IMG/VR virus record: IMGVR_UViG_3300027709_000056
Span: 64,001-128,000 of that record
Origin: a virus
DNA length: 64,000 nucleotides
Strand: one strand, 5' to 3'
Shown: piece by piece, positions 57,913 through 64,000 of the stretch
How positions within the stretch are numbered: the stretch's first letter is position 1
Layout of the letters: each line of letters starts with the position of its first letter
Notes under the pieces: model-generated
Databases searched by the model: none
The model's input: the letters and a program-made list of their open reading frames with translations, nothing else
What the model was told of the DNA's origin: nothing
Translations under genes and position numbers: made by a program

Positions 57913-58439
57913 CGTGTTATTCCGAAGTGTTTATACGTTTGCTGTACGCATTTAGCTTGATAGTAAGAGTCTGCTAAGGCGTTGTGTGCGTCGCTCTGTA
58001 TAGCTTTACGAGGGTCTTTAGGCATCATACTAAACAATGTACGGCTATCACGTATTTGCCAGAAGTTCCAAGGTACTGGTTTACCCAGTTGTTCATATAA
58101 GTGTTCTAACATACCAAAATCAAATAAAGGACCTTGACACCATAAGTAATCTAAACCAACACACCATTTATTTAGGCGTTTGGTTAATTCATTCAGGCCA
58201 ACTCTGTCTTCATCACCTAGAGCTTCATCTCTAATACTTGCTTTTTGTTTGCCCCACCAGTTTAATGTATCTTGATCGATTGTACGACCTAGTTCCGTTT
58301 GGTCGTCTACATTAATACGTAGGTATAATCCATCATGTGGATCAACGTCTGTATATGGATCAAACTTAATTGCTCCGAGTGTTAGTATAGCGGAATTAGG
58401 TTTAACTCCTAATGTTTCTAAGTCTATCATTCCGTGCAT
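57909..58439 (-). CDS. DEDDh 3'-5' exonuclease
   Basis: MIDLETLG, FDFGML, HNALADS. Confidence 0.85.
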   Translation of the reverse strand: MHGMIDLETLGVKPNSAILTLGAIKFDPYTDVDPHDGLYLRINVDDQTELGRTIDQDTLNWWGKQKASIRDEALGDEDRVGLNELTKRLNKWCVGLDYLWCQGPLFDFGMLEHLYEQLGKPVPWNFWQIRDSRTLFSMMPKDPRKAIQSDAHNALADSYYQAKCVQQTYKHFGITR

Positions 58440-61114
58440 TATTCTTCTCCTCCTCCAAAATCAAATAGTGATTGAAATGTATTATGTTGGAGTGTACTTG
58501 CTATATCCCAGTTTAATACGCCAATTAAGTTGCCTAGTTTATTATCAATAATAGTTTCTTCCATAGCTTCGTTATCAAATGGAAGTTCTTTAAACCAATC
58601 AGGTAAACGTAATTCATCTGTTGGATATGCAACACTTGTATACCCTAATGGATTTTGTTTTAGTTTACAAACAATAACTTTCATACCATCTACAATTGTT
58701 TGACTATACTTGTCGCCATTCATACGTTTTAATGTATTCCAGTTAATACTTGCTCGAACGTGTCCGGGCATATTTGCCTTACCTGCTTTTTCTTCTTTTT
58801 TTCTATATTCTGTAACTTTATTAGCACGTTTAGGAGATCCTTTTTCATATCCAGGACGTAACTTAAAGTCTTTTCTAAATGCTGTAATACGTTCTAATAC
58901 TTCAGCTTCTGGTTTGTCAGTTAATACCATAAGCAATAACTCACTTAAAAAGTTTTGCATAAACTCTGGTGTATCAGAACGTTTTAAATCAAGACCCATA
59001 GCTTTTACTTTACCTGGGCCATCAATATCTTTGCGTGTACCTTCGTCATCATATATTAATGTCGCATAACGTTTCTTTGTAATATACAATCCGTTTTCTG
59101 CAACCATTTCTCTACCTGCTTGAATTACATCTGCACGAGATTTCGGACAATGAAATGCTTTACCCATAAAGTCAATAAATGTTTTATTAACTTCTTCTGC
59201 TACTTGGTCATATAATTTAATAACACTTTCTTTAGTCCAAGGTATTGCTCCAGATTCTATTTCTTTTTTCAAAATTGGAAATGCTGAAAAGTATACAGAG
59301 TCTGTATCACCATAAATTACAGAGTCACCAACATGATCATATGTGCCTGTAATAACTTTATTAGATTCTGCCGCCATATGTTTTGCAATTTGTCTACCTG
59401 TTAATGTAGTTGATTGTCCAAGACGTTTATCAAAGAATCTGCAACCAGGATTTAAAAGTGCTCCATATAAACTGTTTAAATTAATTTTTTTAACAAGTTG
59501 TCGTTTATCCCAATATTCGATTTCAATTTTATTGCTGGCATCAATTGCTTTTTGTTTCATTTCTTGCAGTTCTTTACGTTCTGCATACCAACGTTTTAAT
59601 AATCCTGGAATAACACCATCAAACTCAGTTGTTAAAATTGTTCCATTAGCTGTTAACATCCAAGGCTTACGACTATCAAATATTATTTTATAAACTTCTG
59701 CCGCACTCATTATTTCTGGATCTCCACCTTCCCAATCAATTGTAATGTCAAAATCTTTACGTTTTTCCATTACAGCTTCATATTCAAGTGTTCCAAAATG
59801 ACCTTCCCAAGCACCTGCAAAAGATTTTTTCTGTAAAGTCATTGCTTCATTAACCATTGCATCTGTGTCAACTGGTCTTAGTTGTCCTACAATAGTTGCT
59901 GGGTCCATATTCAATGCTCTAATAACAGATGGATACAGAGAATTTAAGTCCATTGACCCAATCCACTTGTGTAATCCTTTTTTAGGAAATGCAACATAGG
60001 CTCCTGCCGCAGTTGCAGTTTCACGATCGTGTTTAACTCTATTAGGTACTTGTAATCCTCTACCGTGTGCTTCATTAATAATTGCTTGTTCTGTAACTGC
60101 TACTGCACCCATTGTAGTTTGCAGTAATACAGTATTTGCGTGTGCTAGTTCATTACTAAGATCAATAAACTTTAATTTCTTATCTAGTTTATCTAATAAT
60201 GCAACGTCTTGTCTATTATATTCAATAAAGGTTTTAAAATCGTTTTTATAAAGTTCATCTAATGTACCTTCATAAACAGTTTTCTTTTCACCTATCTCAG
60301 CTTCACCAATTGCATCTAATCTATAAGAATGTGTTTCTGAATATGTATATTTTCTATACAACTCTAAACTATCTAAATGTACACGACCTACTAAATCGTA
60401 TGTTTCAAGTTTACGACCATACTTTTCATATTCACGTTTCTTTGGAAGTTGTTTCCAAAGACAAAATCGTCTTGTATCGTCTTTGCTTAATATTTTAGAT
60501 ACTCTATTAATTGTATAAGGAATATCATAACCTTCTGAGTTCCAACCACTTAAAATGTCAGCATCTTCAATTAAATCAAGAAATGTTTTTAACATCTCTT
60601 CTTCTTTTTCAAATAAATGTGTATTCGGAAAGTCTTTAGTTTGCTCTTTTGCTTCTTCCATTGTAATTGTTTTCGGCGGAACTGCTAAAGTAACAAGTGT
60701 ATCCAGCCATTGTAAATGTACACTAATTGCAGTTATTGGCATAAATGGATCTGATGGATCAGCAAAACCACGTTCAGGATCAAAGTCTGTTTCAATATCC
60801 CAAAATGCTACGTTAAGTTTCGGAGCATCATGATTAAGATAATGTTCGCTTAAACATTGAAAGATAGGATTAACATCACTTTCAAATAATTGCTTTGTAT
60901 TATTGATAGCGAGTTCTTTACGGAAGTCTTTAGTTGACTTAGATACTATTCTATTTAAAGGATCACCATAAATGCTTTTATGTTTACCGCGAGGGTCTTT
61001 ATAATAAAATGTATATTTTATAGGATATTCTGTAAAATGGCGTTTGCCTTCTTTACGTTCAACAACACGAATTATATCTGCTGTTCTATCAAATAAAGCA
61101 TCTACGTAACTCAT
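58439..61114 (-). CDS. gp43: Family B DNA polymerase (T4 gp43-like)
   Basis: WDIETD, GWNSEGYD, DLNSLYPS, KKINLNSLYG, YGDTDS, KKRY. Confidence 0.95.
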   Translation of the reverse strand: MSYVDALFDRTADIIRVVERKEGKRHFTEYPIKYTFYYKDPRGKHKSIYGDPLNRIVSKSTKDFRKELAINNTKQLFESDVNPIFQCLSEHYLNHDAPKLNVAFWDIETDFDPERGFADPSDPFMPITAISVHLQWLDTLVTLAVPPKTITMEEAKEQTKDFPNTHLFEKEEEMLKTFLDLIEDADILSGWNSEGYDIPYTINRVSKILSKDDTRRFCLWKQLPKKREYEKYGRKLETYDLVGRVHLDSLELYRKYTYSETHSYRLDAIGEAEIGEKKTVYEGTLDELYKNDFKTFIEYNRQDVALLDKLDKKLKFIDLSNELAHANTVLLQTTMGAVAVTEQAIINEAHGRGLQVPNRVKHDRETATAAGAYVAFPKKGLHKWIGSMDLNSLYPSVIRALNMDPATIVGQLRPVDTDAMVNEAMTLQKKSFAGAWEGHFGTLEYEAVMEKRKDFDITIDWEGGDPEIMSAAEVYKIIFDSRKPWMLTANGTILTTEFDGVIPGLLKRWYAERKELQEMKQKAIDASNKIEIEYWDKRQLVKKINLNSLYGALLNPGCRFFDKRLGQSTTLTGRQIAKHMAAESNKVITGTYDHVGDSVIYGDTDSVYFSAFPILKKEIESGAIPWTKESVIKLYDQVAEEVNKTFIDFMGKAFHCPKSRADVIQAGREMVAENGLYITKKRYATLIYDDEGTRKDIDGPGKVKAMGLDLKRSDTPEFMQNFLSELLLMVLTDKPEAEVLERITAFRKDFKLRPGYEKGSPKRANKVTEYRKKEEKAGKANMPGHVRASINWNTLKRMNGDKYSQTIVDGMKVIVCKLKQNPLGYTSVAYPTDELRLPDWFKELPFDNEAMEETIIDNKLGNLIGVLNWDIASTLQHNTFQSLFDFGGGEE

Positions 61115-62172
61115 TGTGGTACTCCGAACTTATTGTAAATTTCTGGAAAAACATCTGCATATATTATTTTGTCTTTATTGTATCGCCAAAATTCTTCTGG
61201 AATTGATTTTTGATCATTAACAATTTCTTGTAGTCTATTATAATTATAATTAACAGTTGCTTTTGCTGACTGATAAAGAGTTTTATAATCTTCATGGGCT
61301 AGAGATTTAATTTGATCACATATTGATGTAATACGTCCTTTTAAATTCATATCTCTATCAAAACTATAATCAAATAATTCGTTATATAATTTAAACCCAA
61401 GGTTTTCTAATCTTGTATGAATTCCTTGTTCGCCTAAAATTATAAACGGCTTCTTAGCCAATACAGCTGAATAAGTTTTTTCAGTTAGGAACGGACTTGT
61501 ATGAGTTGACTCTAATATAAGATTAAAAACTGTTTTAAAATAATGCTCTGGCAACATTTCTTGACAAGCACCTCGTGTTAAATCCATATCATAATCATCT
61601 AAAACCATTTTTTGATTTTTAAATGCTTGGAACTTATAAGGCTGTAACATTTCTTTTTTGTGCCAAGATATATGTCCGTATCGTAATAAATCTCTTTTAG
61701 CTAATTCATCCATCATCGCACATCTATGATAGTGGGCACGATTGTTAAGTGATATATAAAGTTTATTAATATTTCTAACTTTCTTGATAGTGTCTTTGTG
61801 TGTTCTATACCAAGTATGATGTATCCAATACGTAGGCCAGGTTTTTATAGATACATTTGGCATATCATTAAGATAAGCTATTTTATTTGATAGCCTGCCA
61901 AGCATAAATTCTAAATGAATATTATTTTGTTCAAGAATAGTTTGAGCATCGTGTCTTAGTTGTTCATCGCGAGCCCAATAGTTATCACAGAAGGGTGAAT
62001 GTTCTTCAGGATTCCAAATTATTAATCTGGTATCATTATACTGCCCTAACCAGTTTAAAAGTTTCTGGTGAGTTTTAAAAACCCGCTTGTCAGGAATCGG
62101 GCAGAAATAGTTAATGTTCATTCCTTTATTTGCGGAGGCCTTTAGGGCCGTACCAAAAGTATTCTCTATCAT
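61111..62172 (-). CDS. Exostosin-like/GT-B-like phage protein (paralog of 11811..13079)
   Basis: YISLNNRAHYHR, LILES, LTEKT..KKPFIILG, FDYSFD. Confidence 0.5.
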   Translation of the reverse strand: MIENTFGTALKASANKGMNINYFCPIPDKRVFKTHQKLLNWLGQYNDTRLIIWNPEEHSPFCDNYWARDEQLRHDAQTILEQNNIHLEFMLGRLSNKIAYLNDMPNVSIKTWPTYWIHHTWYRTHKDTIKKVRNINKLYISLNNRAHYHRCAMMDELAKRDLLRYGHISWHKKEMLQPYKFQAFKNQKMVLDDYDMDLTRGACQEMLPEHYFKTVFNLILESTHTSPFLTEKTYSAVLAKKPFIILGEQGIHTRLENLGFKLYNELFDYSFDRDMNLKGRITSICDQIKSLAHEDYKTLYQSAKATVNYNYNRLQEIVNDQKSIPEEFWRYNKDKIIYADVFPEIYNKFGVPQ

Positions 62173-62443
62173 TTATAGCCTTGTCATCTATCCATACATC
62201 ATAATGGGGTTTGCCTACTTTAATTGATGTTGCTTTAACTCCCCAGCCTTCTAATTGTGCCTTAGTAAACTCTATATAATCTTTACCGGACCTTGCACCT
62301 CTGGCTGTCCAATAATGTACCTCGTTACCTTCATCAAAGAGTTTATTTAAAATTTCTATTCTTGCCTTAATTGGTTTGCTTTCTTTATAATTACTACCGT
62401 CAGTATAACATATTGTTCCGTCTATGTCTACCACATATATCAT
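62126..62443 (-). CDS. HAD-family (capsule-biosynthesis-type) phosphatase
   Basis: VVDIDGT, YWTARG, GKP..DVWIDDK. Start 62443 by ATGA overlap. Confidence 0.8.
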   Translation of the reverse strand: MIYVVDIDGTICYTDGSNYKESKPIKARIEILNKLFDEGNEVHYWTARGARSGKDYIEFTKAQLEGWGVKATSIKVGKPHYDVWIDDKAINDREYFWYGPKGLRK

Positions 62444-62724
62444 AAAAATAATCGCCAAATCGCAATACCGTTCATTATTGAAAACCACGAACATAAGAGT
62501 ATTACAAATGCCGCCTTTCGAATAACTGCACTAACTACACCCAACATAGATCCAACAAAATACATCGGAATAAAAAGTTTGGTTGCAGGATCAAGTACAG
62601 TATAGGTTAATATTGCACTAGCTGAAATCAAAAAAGTTGCTTCAACCATTTCACAATAAAATGCCGTAGGACTTAACCGGTGACTTTCTTTTAGGAAATT
62701 TGTTACTTTACTTAAAATTATCAC
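62440..62724 (-). CDS. Small membrane protein
   Basis: Three hydrophobic helices. Confidence 0.65.
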   Translation of the reverse strand: MIILSKVTNFLKESHRLSPTAFYCEMVEATFLISASAILTYTVLDPATKLFIPMYFVGSMLGVVSAVIRKAAFVILLCSWFSIMNGIAIWRLFL

Positions 62725-62981
62725 TTATCTTTGCCGAGGGTAACAACTAATGTCTCCAAGTCATCAAATGCTTCTGCGTGGGCTGTCCAATCTCTTTTAT
62801 GGGCAACTTTAATTGCTTTATTAATCAAAGCAGGTTTCATATCCAATTCTTCAGCTACTGCTTTCACAGTATCTTTAAGTCCAGCTTGAAGATCTTCAAC
62901 TTCTTGAAGAACGTTACTACCTTCGTTCACTAGTCTTGTTAATTTGTCCTTTTCATCTGGACCGTATACTCGATCACTCAT
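62721..62981 (-). CDS. dsbA: T4 DsbA-like dsDNA-binding protein
   Basis: KLTRLVNEG...LKDTVKAVAEELDMKPALINKAIKVAHK pattern; GGAGG SD. Confidence 0.65.
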   Translation of the reverse strand: MSDRVYGPDEKDKLTRLVNEGSNVLQEVEDLQAGLKDTVKAVAEELDMKPALINKAIKVAHKRDWTAHAEAFDDLETLVVTLGKDK

Positions 62982-63004
62982 GTGATTCCTCCATTTAATT
63001 GTTT

Positions 63005-63033
63005 ATTATACTACCTCATAGCCTCATTGTCAA
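63005..63033 (-). promoter_or_regulatory. sigma70 promoter TTGACA-N17-TATAAT
   Basis: Perfect consensus overlapping the end of the upstream gene. Confidence 0.85.
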
Positions 63034-63592
63034 GTACTATTTTTGAATTAGCTTGTTCAACTTTTTGGCAAAGATTTCCAGATATACAAACTCTATTATG
63101 CTCACATTCTTGTTTTGGTACCATATGTGATACCCCACCTGGAAAAATTATTACTAAACCTGTATTTGGTTTAATAGCTTTTTGAGCCCCAGGGAAAACT
63201 AATGGTGCACAATTTGGACAAGCATCTACATAATACGTAAATGAATATGTTGCTGGCCAATGTGCGTGTTGGTTAGTTGTATCTCCCTGTTTGTAATTAA
63301 TACCCCAACAATCGATACAATAAAGTTCTGATGTCTTTAATGGTGAAGAAGGAGTATCACCTTCTTTTAGAGTTTCAATAACCCAATCAATTATAGGTAC
63401 AAAGTGTTCATTTGAAAACATATCCCAAGCCGTCATATTTGCTTGGACATTGGTTCTTCTGTATTGCTGATCGCCAGAACTCTTAATAATTTGTGTGAGA
63501 GTTTCTTTTACTTCTTCAGCTTTAGGATATACGTTAGTATAAACATCGTGCGGTTCAGTAAATAAAAGGTTTTCTATTCTTAAATCTTGCAT
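63011..63592 (-). CDS. Putative Fe(II)/2OG oxygenase
   Basis: WGINY..G...HAH, FTYYV, IIFPG...HMV, RVCISGN. Confidence 0.75.
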   Translation of the reverse strand: MQDLRIENLLFTEPHDVYTNVYPKAEEVKETLTQIIKSSGDQQYRRTNVQANMTAWDMFSNEHFVPIIDWVIETLKEGDTPSSPLKTSELYCIDCWGINYKQGDTTNQHAHWPATYSFTYYVDACPNCAPLVFPGAQKAIKPNTGLVIIFPGGVSHMVPKQECEHNRVCISGNLCQKVEQANSKIVLDNEAMR

Positions 63593-63601
63593 TAACAGTA
63601 C

Positions 63602-64000
63602 TTATGTACTGCTATTGTCCTTGGATTCGTCTTCCGACTTGTATGCCCAATCGTCAGTATGTCCTACTGTCCATTTATCTGTATTTTCAACTTTATAGTT
63701 TTGACTACAAACTTTAAAATCACAAGGAAGAGTTTTTTCTGGAATTAAACTAGCATCCGTCCATATTATTCTATTATTCGGTTGTGCCGCAAATTGTCCA
63801 TTGTCTAGTCTAATAATATTAAATGATTTATGTTCCGGATCGTATTCAGCAAATCCTAAATTTACATGGTTCATATCTGCATGACAATTATCTATCGTAA
63901 ACATATACTCGCCTTTATGCATTTTACGATCCTTGCCATAAAATTGACAAGTGCCAAGCATTTGTTTTTCAATAACTGTAAAGTCGTAGTCAAAACAATC
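63602..64000 (-). CDS. Hypothetical protein (5'-truncated by the window)
   Basis: Frame is open to the window end (DCFDYDFTVIEKQMLGTC...); HKSFNII.LDNGQFAAQPNNR motif. Confidence 0.7.
   Translation of the reverse strand, partial: DCFDYDFTVIEKQMLGTCQFYGKDRKMHKGEYMFTIDNCHADMNHVNLGFAEYDPEHKSFNIIRLDNGQFAAQPNNRIIWTDASLIPEKTLPCDFKVCSQNYKVENTDKWTVGHTDDWAYKSEDESKDNSST

Noticed and set aside
58439-61114. Intein or intron in the DNA polymerase
   Set aside because: 891 aa is ordinary for gp43-like enzymes, motifs are contiguous and no homing-endonuclease signature is present.
1806-63185. Other short antisense/overlapping ORFs in the track (e.g. 1806..2093, 11797..12045, 44806..45195, 54823..55134, 58710..60833, 62982..63185)
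   Set aside because: They lie opposite or inside strongly supported genes and have atypical composition.
1-64000. tRNA, rRNA, CRISPR array, IS elements
   Set aside because: No T-loop/CCA cloverleaf, spaced direct repeats or transposase motifs found by eye; gaps are almost all under 150 nt. A tRNAscan-SE/CRISPR scan would be decisive.
1-64000. Stop-codon reassignment
   Set aside because: Conserved enzymes are full-length under the standard code, and TAA, TAG and TGA all terminate genes.

Overview
AT-rich (roughly 30% GC by eye), gene-dense 64 kb segment of a large, distantly T4-like dsDNA phage. No tRNA, rRNA, CRISPR array or IS element was seen. Four parts: (1) 1-3.3 kb, tail/baseplate-type virion genes; (2) 3.3-34.6 kb, a large accessory island bracketed by tail-fibre genes, with eight radical SAM genes (nine rSAM domains), about six glycosyltransferase-like genes, two UDP-sugar dehydrogenases, three SGNH-like proteins, two PLP aminotransferases, a methyltransferase, a QueC-like PP-loop protein, an adenylate-forming enzyme, a kinase, a dioxygenase and an outer-membrane beta-barrel, with late-type (A)TAAATA/ATAAGTA motifs at most operon heads; (3) 34.7-43.4 kb, a tail fibre, hypotheticals, a MoxR ATPase/VWA pair and RNase H; (4) 43.5-64 kb, a minus-strand early/replication arm with consensus sigma70 promoters, carrying 7-deazaguanine genes (queE, folE, QueD-like, TGT/DpdA-like) interleaved with a GT-B glycosyltransferase, oxygenases, HIT and PRT, then an iron permease, sliding clamp, purC, hemB, exonuclease, family B DNA polymerase and DsbA. 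Best candidates for undescribed biology: the radical SAM/glycan-tailoring island, a possibly hypermodified (glycosylated) deazaguanine DNA base, and a putative small pseudoknot leader in front of folE. All family assignments come from motif recognition by eye; no database search was run.
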